Assembly (NCBI RefSeq): GCF_009914755.1
Contig: NC_060939.1
Origin: the human T2T-CHM13v2.0 reference genome, Homo sapiens
Reading direction: 5' to 3' (one strand)
Length of the DNA stretch: 64,000 bases
A model generated the notes under the pieces. That model was not told where the DNA came from. It was given only the letters and a program-made list of their open reading frames with translations, and ran no database searches. How positions within the stretch are numbered: position 1 is the first letter of the stretch; each line of letters starts with the position of its first letter. The position numbers and the translations under genes are program-made. Shown piece after piece: positions 30,890 to 48,696 of this stretch.

Positions 30890-33800
30890 GTGAGGACATT
30901 GATGGGGAAGGAAAGGGGTCCTGTGTGGGAAGCCCTAGAAGACACACTTTTCAGCAATGCTTTGAGGAATAGGTTTGTGAGGGGACTCCTGCATCCTTAA
31001 AGAGCTCCCTGACCGCTCTTCTCTGCAGGCCGGACCTTACAGTGGGAACCATAGTTACTCAACTGGAAAGCTTAAATGCAGTGGGAATAAACGGATTACA
31101 GGATGTCAGGGGCCAAGTTGTGGAACTCAACTGCAGAAAACAAGGTGGGCATAGTTACTGTAATGAATAGCAGAGACAAAGCAACAGTGAGAATAGTCTG
31201 ACTCATGTAGACTCATGGCATTGGGTAATTAGTCATGCGTTCCTAGAAGTAAAGTAGATAGGAAGCCCACTACATTCTTCCTTCATATATATAAACAAAA
31301 AACTTCCAGGTTAAATGAATGGAAGTCTAACTCAAATCCTAAAAACAGAGATTCACAGCCCCTCAATAAATTCCCAGACTTGAGCAGTTTTCAGACTCAG
31401 AATCCCTTGAATGAAGGAGAAGCTAGATCCTCTTGAGGAAGAAGCCTGGCACATTACTGACAACTTATACTTTTAATCTTTCTGTTATCCTTCCCAAAGG
31501 GTCCTGGGACCTTCTGGCAGGGTAACTGTGCATTTCCAATAAAGAAATAATCAGAACTTTCAGGGACTGCTGCATACTGTCCTTTAACTGACATTTATTC
31601 CAGGAGACCTGAAACATCACTGGCCCTCCAGGTAGAGTTGAGGCTTATGGAGGTCAGGTAATCAGTAGATTTTTAGCTCATGTCCAACTCACAGTGGGTC
31701 CAATGAGTTGTTGAACCCATCTTGTGGTTATTTCCCAATTGGAATAGACATACTTAGCAGCTGGCAAAATCTCCACATTGTTTCCCTGACCCGTGGAGTA
31801 AGGACCATTATAGTGGGAAAGGCCAGGTGGAATCCATTAGAGGAAAGTAGTAGATTTAAAGCAATCCTGCTACCCTGGAAGGATTACAGAGATTAGTGCT
31901 GCCATCAAGGACTTGAAAGGTGCAGGGCTGGTGATTCCCACCACATTTCCATTCAACTGTCCTATTTGCCCTGTGCAGAAGACAGGTGGAGTCCAGAGAA
32001 TGACTGTGGATTATCATAAGCTTAACCAAGTGGTACTCTAGTTGCAGCTACTGTGCAAGATGTGGTTTCATTGTTTGAGCAAATTAACACATATCTTGGT
32101 ACCTAGTTATGCAGCTGATCATCTGGCAGGTGCCTTTTCTCCATACCTGTCCACAAGGACTATCAGAAGCAGTTTGCTTTCCAGCAATACACCTTCATTG
32201 TCCTACCTCAGGAGTGTATCAATATGCCATCCCTATGTTATAATTTAGTTTGCAAGGAACTTGGCTATGTTACTTTTCCAGAAGACATCACACCGGTCCA
32301 TTATATCGATGATAAACTGACTGCATAAAAACACTCAGCAAGAAGTGCAACTAGTGAATAAGAAGTACAAGTACCCTAGATTTATTAAGACATTTGCATA
32401 TCAGAGGGTAATAAATAAATCTGACTACAATTCAGGGGCATTCTACTAAACTTCTAGGGATCCAGTGGTGTGGGACGTGTTTAGATGTCCCTTCTAGAAT
32501 AAAGCATAAATTGTTGCATCTGGCCCTTCTAAAACCGAGAAAAAGGCATAGTGCCCTTTTCTTATAGTGGGTCTATTTAAATAGTGGGTCTATTTAGATT
32601 TGGAGGCAAAATAATGGATCTGTTTAGATTTAGGTGCAGTCAGTTTATTCCAGATTATGCATCTGGAACAGGGAAATATCCACAAGATGGATTCAAGGAC
32701 CCACTGGACCAACTGCCCATCTACCTAGTGACTAAAAACGCTGCTAGTTTTGAGTGGGGCCCAGAGCAGGAGAAGGCTATGCAGCAGGCGCAGGCTGCTG
32801 TGCAAGCTGCTCTGCCACTTGGACCACATGGTCTAGTGAATCCGATGGTACTTGAGGTGTCAGTGGCAGATGTTGAGGCTGTCTGGAGCCTTTGGAAGGC
32901 CAGTGTAGGTAAGTTGCAGTATAGGCCGTTAGGATTTTGGACAAAGACTCTGCCATCATTTTCATATAATGATTCTCCTTTTGAGAGACAGCTCTCGACC
33001 TGCTATTGGGCCTTGGTAGAAACTGAATGCTTGACCATGGGCCATAAAGTTACTCTGCCACCTGAGCTTATCATGAACTGGGTGTTTTTGGACACAAAAA
33101 GCCATATAGCTGGGTATGCACAGCAGCACTCCATCATCAAATGGAAGTAAAATATACATGACTGGGCCCGAGCATGTCCTGAAGGTACAAGCAAGTTACA
33201 TGCTGAAGTGGCCAAATGCCTATGGTCTCCACTCCTGCTACACTGCTTTCTCTCTCCCTGTATCTATGACCTCGTGGGAAGTTCTCTATGATCAGTAGAG
33301 ATCACACTAGAGAAGACTAGAACCTTGTTTACAGATGTTTCTGCAGGATATGTAGGCATCACCAGAAAGCGAGCAGCTGTGGCACCATGCCCCTTTCTGG
33401 GACAGCCATGAAGGACAGTAGTGAAGGGAAATCTTCTCAACGGGAAGAAATGGCCAGATGTGCAATTGTATACCAGATCCTGGGCTGTAGCCTGTGGGTT
33501 GGCTGGATGGTCAGGGACTTAGAATAAGATTGAACTATTGGTGACGAAGGTATCTGGGAAAGGAGTATGAGCATAGACCTCTCTGCATGGGGAAAGAATA
33601 TGAATATATTTATGTCCCATATGAATGCTCAGCAAAGGCTTAAGTGAGCAGAGGAGGACTTTAATAATCAAGAAAATAGGATGACCCATTTTGTGGATAC
33701 CACTCAGCTTCTTTCCCCAGCCACCCCTGTCATCCTTCAGTAGGCTCATGAATAATTTGGCTATGGTGTCAGTGATGAAGGTTTTCCAAGGGCTCAGCCA

Positions 33801-33980
33801 CATGAACTACTCTCACCAAGGCTGACTTGGTTACAGCACCATAATAAAGGGATAGCATTTTGTCCTCACCGAAATGCATATTTGCTCTGGATATAAATTT
33901 GCCTTCCCTGTATGCAATGCTTCTGCCAACACTACCACTCATGGACTTACGGAATGTCTTATCCACCATCATGGTAACAC
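30890..33980 (+). mobile_element. ERVL (HERV-L-related) internal remnant covering gag, pro, RT, RNaseH and IN
   Basis: RT YIDD codons at 32302-32313; WRMTVDYHKLNQV-like sequence near 32000; decayed protease motif near 31565; integrase-like SGYKFAFP; many stops and frameshifts. Confidence 0.9.
32584..33150 (+). pseudogene. ERVL pol connection/RNase-H-like remnant ORF
   Basis: AASFEWGPEQEKAMQQAQAAVQAALPLGP...RPLGFW...SPFERQLSTCYWALVETE matches HERV-L pol. Confidence 0.85.
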
Positions 33981-34334
33981 TCTGGGTGAAACCATTCAGA
34001 TCCGCACTGTTTTCACTGGAAGGTTAATAAATCTGCATGTAAGTTTTTGTTGTGTTTCACATGTTTATCTTGTTTCAAGTATGGTAGGTTGTATTTTTCT
34101 AGAAAGTTGTCCATTTTATTTAATTTGCCTTTTTAGGGTACAGCAAATTCTTACTTTCTTTTTTTTAGTTCTGTTTTTTTTCCTACTATTTCTTTTTTTG
34201 CAATCAGTTTTATCAAGGACTTATTAATTTTATTCATTTTCTCAAAGTACAAGCCAATTGTGTTTACATGTTTAGTTTCTATTTGGTTAATTTGTTCTTT
34301 TACTTACAATTTCCCTTTTTTCCATCGTATGTGA

Positions 34335-36230
34335 AAAAAATGGAAAGATATACCATGCTCATAGATTGGAGACAATATTGCAATACCATCCCAATCAAAA
34401 CTCCAGCAGACTTCTTTATTTTGTGAAAGTTGATGACCTGATTATATACTTTATGTGTTGTGTATGAACAAAGCAAGAGAAATGACACACTGGGGAAAAG
34501 TATTTGCCTTTATATAGCAGACAAGTAATTTGTTTTCTTAATCATTTCAAATCAATAAGAAAAAGACCAACAAACCAATATTAAAACATGCAAAGGACTT
34601 GAATAGTCAGATCACAGATGAGAAGAGTTAAATGAGTCTTAAACATAGGAATGATGTTCAAAATCATTTAAAATATTTAAACTGAAACTTAATGAAGTAA
34701 ACATGTACAAAATTACAATAAAAATGGACATACCCATAACCATGAAGAAAATTTTAGTATTAAAGAAGCCAATCAGACCAAAAGTTAGTAAAGATAAAGA
34801 ACATTTGAATAGCATAATTAACAAGCTTGAATTAATGAATATATGTTGTAGGAGTTTGTACCCAATTAGGGATTATATAAACTTTTTACTGACATTGGAA
34901 AGTACTAGGCCACAAAGCCAACCCCAATGAATACCAAATAATCAATTTCGTACACATAAGATGATAGTCTCTAATAACTATTCAAAGATGAAAATCAATG
35001 CCAAAATATAGCCAAAAAGCCTTATTCCTTTGGAAATTAAACATACTCTGCTAAATAATTCAAGGGGTATATAAATCAATTGAAATCATGAAATATTTAT
35101 AAGTGAATGATAAAGAGTGACTGTGTATCAATACCTGAGTGATGCTGCTAAAATGGTAATTAGAGGAAAATTTTGAACTTCAGGGGCATCCATTAGAAAA
35201 GAAAAAAGACTGGCCATTATTGAACTAAGTTTGCAAATCAAAATGCTGTAAAAAGAAGTAATCCCAATGAAAGCAGAGCAAAGTAAATAAAGCAGAAACA
35301 AACATGTATCAATGAAAGATGAAGCAAAGAAACCATGATGATAGTCAATCCATGAGCTATTTCCTCAAAAAGGGCCAGATGTAACTATACGTCTGGCAAG
35401 ACCAAACAAGTGAAAGAAAGAAAGTACCAGTAAATAATATTAGAAGGACTATATCATCAGATACAGTCATAATTTTAAAATTATAAAAGAAAACCTTGAC
35501 AAAACAGTTTGTCATTACATTAGAAAAATTAAATGAAATATATAATTTTCTAGAGTATATGTAAAGTACCAAACTTGCCACTGAAATGAAAAAAAGAAGG
35601 CATATGAGTAATCCCATTAGCATTACAGAAATTACAATTGAAAACCTCTCATGTTCTCCTTCAAATTGTACTAGGCTTATGGTGTTTCAAGTGGGCTTTA
35701 GAAAACTTTCAAATAACAAATACTAATGGCTTCAATTTCATTGCTACATAGAATACATAGAGAAGGAAAAGTAATCAGCTTAAATCATGAGGCTAACATA
35801 AGCTTCATGCCCAAACCTGAGACAGACAGAATACTAATTTTAATTACAGTAATGTGGGGGAAAAAATCACAAATATGTTAATACAGGATACACTTCAGAA
35901 ATGGTTGAATTGAGAAAATTTTCCAGTGGAACTTACAGCACTAAAATATGACAAGTAAATATGTGATTATTTCAAGTTCTTGAAAATGTGCAATAAAAAG
36001 CCATTTATGATCAAATATTTATCATAATAGTAGATTTTCATCATGATTATATTATGTATTGAGATTAATATTATATAATAAAAATTAAAACAAATATTAT
36101 ACTTAATGGTTAAATTTCAGAAGTGTTTTCTTTATATTCAGGACAAAACAAGAATATCTGCTATGTTGATTTTCCTTCAACAATATCCTAGAGATCTTAC
36201 CAAATGCAATAAGAAAAGAAAAAGGTAGAT
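34335..36230 (+). mobile_element. Old L1M ORF2 fragments (resuming at about 37490-37660)
   Basis: A-rich sense ORF2-like sequence; EN-like peptide KEHLNSIINKLELMNI. Confidence 0.65.
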
Positions 36231-36232
36231 TA

Positions 36233-37480
<1,248 letters not shown>

Positions 37481-37669
37481 AAAAAATAAAACATTTGCTA
37501 TTTATAGACAAGTTTATTATTATTATTATTTTACATAAAAACCCAAAATAATCTGAAGACAACACATTTAGAACTATTAACTGAGTTTGGGTTATCAGTT
37601 TCTGGATTCAAGCTCAACATATAAAAATCAATGGTGTTTCAACACATCACCAGCAATTAGTAATTTAAT

Positions 37670-38970
37670 CTTTATCCATTTTCTAATGACCTTGCATTCT
37701 TTATGTGATCAGAGTTCTGATCTATGTTATTTTTCTTCTTGCTGAAAAATATATTTTAACATTTCTTGCAAGGCAGGTCTACTGGTGACAAATTCCCTCA
37801 ATTTTTGTTTGTCTGAGAAAGTCTTTATTTCACCTTCATTTATAAATAATAAGTAAACTAGGTACAGAATTCTATGTTGGTGGGGTTTTTTTCCTTTAAA
37901 CATTTTAAGTATTTTACTTCAGACTCTTCTCACTTGCATGTTTTCTGAGGAGACGTCTGATGTAATTCTTATCCTTGTTGATCCATAGGTGCTTGTTGCT
38001 GTGTTTTGTCCTTTGACTTCTTTTCAAGATTTCCTCTTTGTCTTTAGTTTTCTGCCATTTGAAAATGATACGCCTACATATCAGTTTTTTGGTATTTCTC
38101 CTGCTTGGTGTTCTCTGAACTTTTTGGATCTATGGTTTAGTGTCCATTTTTAGTTTTGGAAAATTCTCAGTCATTACTACTTCAAATATTCTCTTTCTTC
38201 TCTCTCTGGTGATGTTTCTCCTTTTGTAATCGTTTAATGGTTTTTGGATATTTTGTTCTATCTTTTTCAGTGGTTCTCTTTGCATTTTAGTTCTGGAAGC
38301 TTCTTTTGGAATTTCCTCCAATTCACTGGTTCTGTTCTTGGCCATTTCCACTCTGTTGATAAGCCTGTCAAAGACATACTTCATCTCTGTTGTAGAGTTT
38401 CTAACTCCTAGATTTATTTTTGATTCATGGAGTTTCCATATTTCTGATTACATCAGTTATCTGTTCTTGCATGGTGGCTGCTTTTTCCATTAGAGCCATC
38501 ACATTTTAATCATAGTTGTTTAAATTTCTAGTCTGATAATTCCAAATTCCCTGCCATATCTGAGTCTGGTTCTGATACTTTCCTCTGTCTTTTCAAACTA
38601 TATTTTCTTTCTCTTTTCATGTGCCACATAATTTTTTTCGTTGAAAGCCAGACATCATGTGGTAGGTAAAAAGAACTGAAGTAAATAGGCCTTTGTGTGA
38701 GGCTTTATGTTTATCTGGTTAGGGGTTAGGCTATGTTTATAGTATGCTATAGCCGCAGAACCTAGCAGAACCCCTGGAGGTAAAACTCATGAAAATATGA
38801 GTTCTCTTCCCCCAAGAATGGGCATCCCTTGAGTTTTTATCTCTCAAGTTTGTCCATAGCAACTTTAACTCTGAGATTGTCGTCTAGCAACTCATCAATG
38901 ACAGTTTAGTTTTCCTACCCTGGTACTCACTGTAGTGTTGGTTTCTGCTCCAGGGTTTTTGCTTTTAGGA
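37670..38970 (-). mobile_element. Old L1M ORF1/5' region
   Basis: ORF1-like peptide FDRLINRVEMAKNRTSELEE...IFEVVMTENFPKL. Confidence 0.8.
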
Positions 38971-38979
38971 TATACGTGG

Positions 38980-41745
38980 GCTGAAAGTGAAGGGTTGGAA
39001 AAGTATATTATATGCAAGGAGTAATCAAAAGAGAGCAGGAGTGGCTATATTTATAGCAGAAAAAGTAAGCTAAGTTAAAAACTTTTATATAAGACCAAAA
39101 AGGTCATTACATAATGATAAGGTGGTCAATTCCTAAAGAGGATATAGTAATTGTAAACGTCTCTACACCTAACATTGGAGCACCTAAATATGTAAAACAA
39201 ATATTAACAGAATTAAAGGGAAATATAGATAGCAACACAGCAATAGGGAGAACAATACCCCTGCTTACAACAATGATCATCAAGACAGGAAACAGTAGAC
39301 TTAAAACAACATTATGGACGACATTTACCTGACAGACATATACAGAATATTTTATTATATTTAAAAGCAGCAGAATACACATTGTTTTCAAACACACTTA
39401 GAAAATTTTCCAGGATAGTTGACATGTTATGCCGCAAAACAAGTCTTAACAAATATAAGAAGGCTGTAATTATAGCAAGTATCTTTTCTGACCACAATGG
39501 CATAAAACTAGAAATCAAAAACAGGAGGAAAATTGGAAAATTAACATTTGTATCAAAGTGAAATAACATTTCTGAACAAAATTAAACAAAACTTCTGGTA
39601 AAAATCTAAAAAGAAATAAAAAAAGATCTTGAGACAAACTAAAATGGAAACACAACAAATCAAAACGTGTAAGATGTGCCAAAGGCAGTCTGAAAGGGAA
39701 GTATGTAATGATAAACAACTACATTATGAAAAAGAAAGATATGTAACAAACAATCTACACTTCAAGGAAATAGAAAAAGGAGAACAAACTAAACCCAAAA
39801 AGTTAGCAGAAGGAAGACAATAATAAAATTCAGAGCAGAAATAAATGAAATTGAGTAAAATCTAATGGAAAGGATTAATGAAACTAAGACTTGTTTTTAA
39901 AAAACAAACAGAACCAACAAACCTTTAGTTATATTAACTAAGAACAAAATGAGGAAGGAACAAATAAATAAAATTATAAAATAAAGAGGAATCATTAGAA
40001 CTGATACCACAGAAATATAAAGGATCATAAGAGACTGCTATGAACAATTATATGCCAACAAATTAAATAGGCTGGAAGAAATGGATAATTTCTAGAAACA
40101 AACAACCTTACCAAGACTGAATTATGAGGAAATATGAAATCTGAGCAGACAAATAATGAGTAAGGAGATTCAATTTGCAATGAAAATCCTCCCCAGAAAG
40201 AATAGGACTGGATGGCTCCACTGGTGAATTCTCCAAACATTTAAAAAATTAATGCCAATCCTCAAACTCTTCCAAAAGCTGAAGAGGAGAGAATACTGTC
40301 AAACTTATTTTAAGTCCAGCATTTCCCCAATACTAAAGCCAGACAAGTCCACCAACAAAAAAAAAAAAAAAAAGAAGAAAAAAGAAAATTAGACCAATAT
40401 CCCCGATGGACATAGTTGCAGATATTTTCAACAAAACAATAGCAAACCAAATTCCAAAAAGTCCAATGCCACGGCCAAGTGGGATTTATCCCAGGAAAGC
40501 AAGGATGTTTCAACATATGAAAATCAATAAAGGTAATACATTACGTTAACAGAATAAAGAACAAAATGCATATGATCATCTCAATAGATACAGAAAAAAG
40601 CATTTGACAAAACTTAACATCCCTTCATGTATACCTCAACATAATGAAGTCCTTATATGACGGGCCCACAGCTAGTATCATACTCAGTGGTGATCAGGAA
40701 CAAGACAATGATGTTTTTTGCTACTTCTATTCAATATAGTATTGGAAGTCTTACCTAGAGCAATTGGGTAAGACAAAGAAAAAAATGCATCCAAATTAGG
40801 AAGGAAGAAGTTAAATTGTCTGTGTTTGAAGATGACATAGTCTTGCTTATAGAAAACCTTAAAGGCTCCACTAGAAAAACTCTTAAAACTAATAAAAATT
40901 TAGTAAATTTGCAAGATACAAAATCACCATACAAAAAGCAGTAGTATTACTCAAACAACAGACAATACGAAAAAGAAAATAAAGAAAATAATCCCATTTA
41001 CAATAGCATCAAAAAATACTTCGTGATGAATTTATTCAAGGAGGTGAGAGATCTCTATATGGAAAACTATAAAACATTGATGAGACAAATTGAAGAGGAC
41101 ACAAATAAATGAAAATAAATCCTATGTTCATGGATTAGAAAGCTTAATATTGTTAAAATATCCATAACACCCAAAACTATGTACATATTCAGTGCAATCC
41201 CTATCGAAATTTCAATGACATTTTTCACAGAAAAAGACAATTCTAAAATTCATATGGAATCACAAAAGACCTGATATAGCCAAGATGAGAAAAATAAGCT
41301 GGAGGCATCACACTACTCAATTTCAAAATACTTTCAAAACTATAGTAATTAAAGCAGTATGGTACTGGCATAAAAACAGACATATAGAACAATGAAGCAC
41401 AACAGATATCCCAGAAATTAATTCATACATTTATGATCAATTGATCTTCAACAAAAGTGCCAAGGATGTACAATTGGAAAGAATGGCGTTTTCAATGAAA
41501 GATGTTGAGAAAACTGAATAATCACATACAGAAGAATATCATTGGATTCTTATCTCATACCATATACACAAATCAACTAAAAATTGATTAAAGACTTAAA
41601 GGCAAGACCTGAAACTGTAAAACTACTAGAAGAAAACCTAGGGGAAAACTTCTTGAGATTGATCTGGGTAACAATTTTTTGGATATGACCTCAAAACTAC
41701 AGGCAACCCAAGCAAAAACGAACAAGTAAGATTCCATCAAACAAG
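38980..41745 (+). mobile_element. Old L1 (L1MA/MB-like) ORF2, degraded
   Basis: EN peptide PNIGAPKYVKQILTELKGNIDSNT and collinear RT-region sequence. Confidence 0.9.
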
Positions 41746-42149
41746 TTCTTTGCTTGCTCTAGAAGTATTCACATTTTCTACTTCTTTTTGAGTTAGTTTT
41801 GGTAATTTGTGTCTTTCTAGAAATTTGATCAGAGGATGTTTTGTCAGAAGTCAGCCTATTCTCAGGAGGGGGTTGTATATGGTTCAGGCTGAGAGTGGGC
41901 CAGAGCTCATTCAGGGGCCTGGAGATGCTTAACAGAAGTTTGATTAGAAGCATTTCGTTCTGACTGATCTTTGTGGACAAGCAGTACAGTGAATCATTTA
42001 TGAAGCAAAGAGTAGGAATTTCAAAGGCCTATTTCTGACCCTTTCATAGATAAACAAGGGGACATCTATGAGTCTTATCAAAATCATTTGGGAAAGGGTC
42101 GTTCTTTGCAGTAAGCCCTTTTACAGAACACTAAGGTTGGAGGGATTCT

Positions 42150-43699
<1,550 letters not shown>

Positions 43700-44057
43700 A
43701 GGAAGGATTTCTTAAACGTCATTGTTTTTCAGGATCATGGGACTCAGGAAAATTCAACATTGTTGCATTGTACAAAAAAAAAGCAGAAAGGCAGATCCTT
43801 GGGAAAACATAGACTATTCCCAAAATGGTTCCAGGACAATTGGTTTTAGGTATAAAATAATAATAATAACCATGCCACACCATAAATAAAAACCAATTCC
43901 AGAAGGATTACAAATTTAAATGAAGTTATATTTTCAGCAATAGGGCAAACTAGATTGTCTGGAAAATCTCTCATTGTAAATCTCCTAGAAATGATGGATA
44001 AATTTTTTTTAAAGGGAAGATAAAACTTCAGAATAAATAAGAGACTGCACCAATTTA

Positions 44058-44294
44058 TAGTTGACCCTTGAACGACATGGGTTTGAACTGGCACAGGTCC
44101 ACTTACACGTGGATGTTTTTCAACCAAACAGAAATACAGCATTTGTGGAACGTGAAACCCTTGTATAGGGAGAGCAGACTTTTCTTATACGTGAGTTCCG
44201 TGGCAGGGGTGACTGCAGGAGTTGAGTATGTGCAGATTTGGGCATGTGCTTGGGCCCTGGAACCAATCCCCTGCATATACTGAGAGATGACTAT
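44058..44294 (-). mobile_element. MER8 (Tigger-family MITE)
   Basis: agttgacccttgaacgacatgggtttgaactg...ctggaaccaatcccc...gatgacta; about 237 bp, TA-flanked. Confidence 0.85.
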
Positions 44295-44666
44295 ATATAT
44301 TAAATATTAATACAAGTACCTTAAATATGTAATTATAATTCTTATGCAACATATATTTATAATATTGGTATATGCATGTATTTAAGATATTTACATGCAA
44401 TTTCATAACTATATATTAAATAAGAATGCATATCTATGTCTATATATCTATTAGAACTAACTGAAAGAAGAGACAGATTACCTACAAAGGAATAAAGTAT
44501 AGAAGCAGTATGAAACCAGTAGAAGTTAGAGTAAGTTCTGGGAGAAGATAACTGGCAACTTAGACTTGTATACTCCCTGAAACTTTCTTTTGAGCCATGT
44601 GGGCATGACCTTTATCCTTTGGAAAGATTTTTAAATACCAGGTTAATTTCTTTACTATTTTATTAC

Positions 44667-44980
<314 letters not shown>

Positions 44981-44992
44981 TACTATTTTATT

Positions 44993-46250
44993 TCTAAAAT
45001 AATTTCAACTTTTATTTTAGGTTCAGGGGGGTACATGTGCAGGTTTTGTTACATGGGTATATTGTGTTGATGCTGAGGTTTGACGTATGAATAGTCCCAT
45101 CATCCAAGTAGTGAGCATAGTGCCCAATAGGTAGTTTTTCAGCTCTTGGTCCCCTTCTTCTCACCCCCTTCTAGTATCCCTAGTGTCTTTTGTTCTCAAC
45201 TTCATGTTCATGTGTACCCCATGTTTAGCTTCTATGTATAAGTGAGAACATGTGGTATTTGGTTTTCCATTCTTGCACAAATTTGCTTAGGATAATAGCC
45301 TCCAGCTGCATCTGTGTTGCTGCAAAGGACCTGACTTCATTCTTTTTATAGCTCTGTAGTATTCCATTTTATATATATATATATATATACACACACACAA
45401 CATTTTCTTTATCCAGTCTACCATTGATGGGCATCTAGGTTGATTCCATGTCTTTGCTCTTGTGAATAGTGCTGTAATGAACATACTGGCGCATGTGTCT
45501 TTTTGGTAGAATGATTTATTTTTTCTTTGGTTATATACCCAGTAGTGGGATTGCTGAGTGGAATAGTAGTTCTAAATTCTTTGAGAAATCTCCAAACTGC
45601 TTTCCGTAGTTGCTGAACTAATTTACATTCCCACCAACAGTGTATGAGTGTTTCCTTTTCTCTGCAGCCTTGCTGACATTTCTCTGATGATTGGTGATGT
45701 TGAGCATTTTTTCATGTTTGTTGGCTGCCTGTATGTCTTCTTTTGAGAAATGTCTGTTCATATCCTTTGCCCCTCTTTTAATGAGGTTATTTGTTTTTTC
45801 CTTGTTGGTTTGTTTAAGTTCCTTATAGATTCTAGGTATTAGACCTTTGTCTGATGTATAGTTTGTGAATATTTTCTCCCATTCTGTAGGTTGTCTGCTC
45901 ACTTGTTGATAGTTTCTTTTGCTGTGCAGAAGCTCTTTAGTTTAATTTAGTCTCACTTGTCAATGTTTTTGTTGCAATTGCTTTTGAAGACTTAGCCAAA
46001 ATTTATTTGCCAAGGCCATTGCCAAAATGGCATTTCCTAGGTTTCCTTCTAGGATTTTTATAATTTGAGGTCTTACATTTAAATCTTTAATCCATCTTGA
46101 GTTAATTTTTGTAGTTGGTAAAAGGTAGGGGTCCAATTTCATTCTTCTGCATATGGCTAGCCAGTTATCCTAGCACCATTTATTGAATAGAGAGTCCTTT
46201 CCCCATTGCTTATTTTTATTGACTTTGTTGAAGATCAGATGGATACAGGT
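44993..46250 (-). mobile_element. L1PA13-16-like 3' portion with an internal deletion
   Basis: Antisense 3'UTR and ORF2 C-terminal peptides ([13 protein letters not shown]). Confidence 0.9.
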
Positions 46251-48690
46251 CTTATTTTAGAACTATTCACATTTTCCGCTTACTTTTGAGTCAGTTTTAG
46301 TAATTTGTGTTTCGCTAGCAATTGTTCCTCTAGTTGTGTAATCTATTGGCATAAAGGTGATGATAGTATTCTTTGATAATTATTTTCATTTCTGCAAGAT
46401 CTGAAAGAGAAGAGATGTCTTCTCTTTCACTCGTAATTTTGCTAACTTGTGTCTTCTCTGCTTCATTACCAGTCTGTGCAAAGGTTTAGCAATTTTTAAA
46501 AAATTTCATTTTATTCACATTCACTATTTTTGTTTTGTCTGTTTAATGGATTTCCTCTCTAATCTTTATTATTTCTTTTCTCCTGCTTGTTTAAGATTTA
46601 GTTTACTCTTCCTTTTCTAGTAAATTAAGATGAAACCTTACTTTTTTCTTTTCTAAAAAAGTCATTTAAAAACCACGAAAATTTCCCTAAGCACTGCTGT
46701 ATCCCATAAATATTGATATACTGTAATTTCATTTTGTTTGATACTAATATAGACACTCCAGTTTTCTTAGGGTTACTATTTGTATTGTTTATCTATTTCC
46801 ATTCTATTACTTTAAACCTATTTGTGTTCTTAGATGTTCTTAGAAAAGGTGTCTCTTAAGTCTTATTATTTTTACCCAATTTGACATTCTCTAAAACTAT
46901 TATTGAAATGTTCAATCTATTTACATTTGGTGTAATTATTTATGTGATTTAATGTATATCTTGTTTTGCTATTTAATTTTATATGTTCCATATCTTTTTA
47001 ATTCATACATTGCTTTTAACTGTCTTTCGTGTTAGATACTTCTATTGTACTGTTTAATTCTTTTCTTTTTTTTTTTTACTACATTTTAAGGGATTTTTTA
47101 TGGTTTATTTGTGGATTACAATACGTATCTTATCACAATTTGTGAATTACAATATGTATCTTAATTTATCACAATCTGCTTCAGATTAATACTAACATTT
47201 TTCCAGTAAAATATAGATATCCAATAGAACTCTATTTCTCCCCTTCTTTGTTCTATTTTACTGTTTATATGAAATTTACCTATTATTATAATCTATAAGT
47301 ATAGTTTAAAATCCAACAATTCTAATTTTTCTCTGCAAAGTGTTTAAAATAAGAGAAGAATATAAGAAATAATATACTTAAGCAGATTTTATATTTACCT
47401 GTGTAATTATTTTTACCAGTTTTTTTTATATATACAGATTCAAGTAACTGGTGTCATTTCTCTTCCGTCTTTGTTTATCTGGTAATGTCTTTATTTTACT
47501 TTTTTTTTTGAAGGATAGTTTTGTTGAATACTTAATACTTGGTTGACTTTTCTTTTTCTTTTAGCACTTTGCTTTCTAGCTTCTGATTGTTTCTGATGGA
47601 AAATCTCATCACAATAAAATGTTAATTTTATTGTGGTTCCTTGTACTTCATGAGTCATTTTTCTTTTGCTGCTTTCAAAATTTTCTCTTTCAACAATTTG
47701 ATTATAATTTGTTAAGGTGTGAATCTCTTTGAATTTATTTTAGTTGGAGTTTGTTGAACTTCTTGGAAGTGTAAATTAGTTTAAAAAATCATGTGTGGGA
47801 TATTTTCAGCCACTGTTTCTTCAAATATTTTTTCTGCCTTTTTCTCTCTCCTTCTCTGGGAGCTGTGTTCAATTTTTTAAAAAAATTCTCTCTGTTCTTC
47901 AGATTGGATGGTCTATATTGATCTGTCCACAAGTTTGCTTATCTCTTCTGCCAGCTAAAGTCTGCTACTGAAACTCTTCAGTGAAATTTTCACTTCAATG
48001 ACAGCACTTTTCAACACAATAATTTTTATTTTGTTACGTTTTATAATTTATATATAGTTATTGATAGTTTTAATTTGATAAGCCATGGTCATCATACTTT
48101 TGTTTTATTCTTAAACACCGTTTCTTCCGTTCTTTGAACATATTTATAATAGTTGGTTTATTATCGGTGTAGGGTACCTCAGAAACAATTTCTATTGACT
48201 GCTTTTTCTCCTGTATATGGGTAGCACTTTCCTGGGTTTTTTGCTTGTCTCCTAATTTTTTCTTGAAAACCAGTTTAGATCATATATTACAACAACTCTA
48301 GATTCCGATTCCACTCTCCCCTTCCCCTAGGGTTGTTGTTTCTTTTTGTAAATTTTTTGTTAATTTACTTACTGACCCTTCCGTACCAATTCTTTAGAAT
48401 GGTTTCTTCCAAAGTATGCATCCAAAGTTGTTTTTCCTCATTAAAAAAAAATCTTGTTTTCAATTTTTAAGGCTGGATTCCTAGGGTTGCCACTTGGTCA
48501 GCATCATGTAGTGATCAGCCAATTACTGGTCAGCGTCTATGCTTAAACGTCTTGATCCACAAGGCTAATGGTTCCATGTCCGAGGTGGGAAATTCACTGA
48601 ATGTTCAGGCAGTTTGTAGGTTTTCTCTGGTCTCTGCTTTCTGCCAGCTATTCCTGTTTCTCCTTTGAGCATTACATTCTGTTAGAGAGG
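46251..48690 (-). mobile_element. Old L1M ORF2/ORF1/5' fragments
   Basis: T-rich antisense L1M-like sequence. Confidence 0.65.
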
Positions 48691-48696
48691 AGAGGC

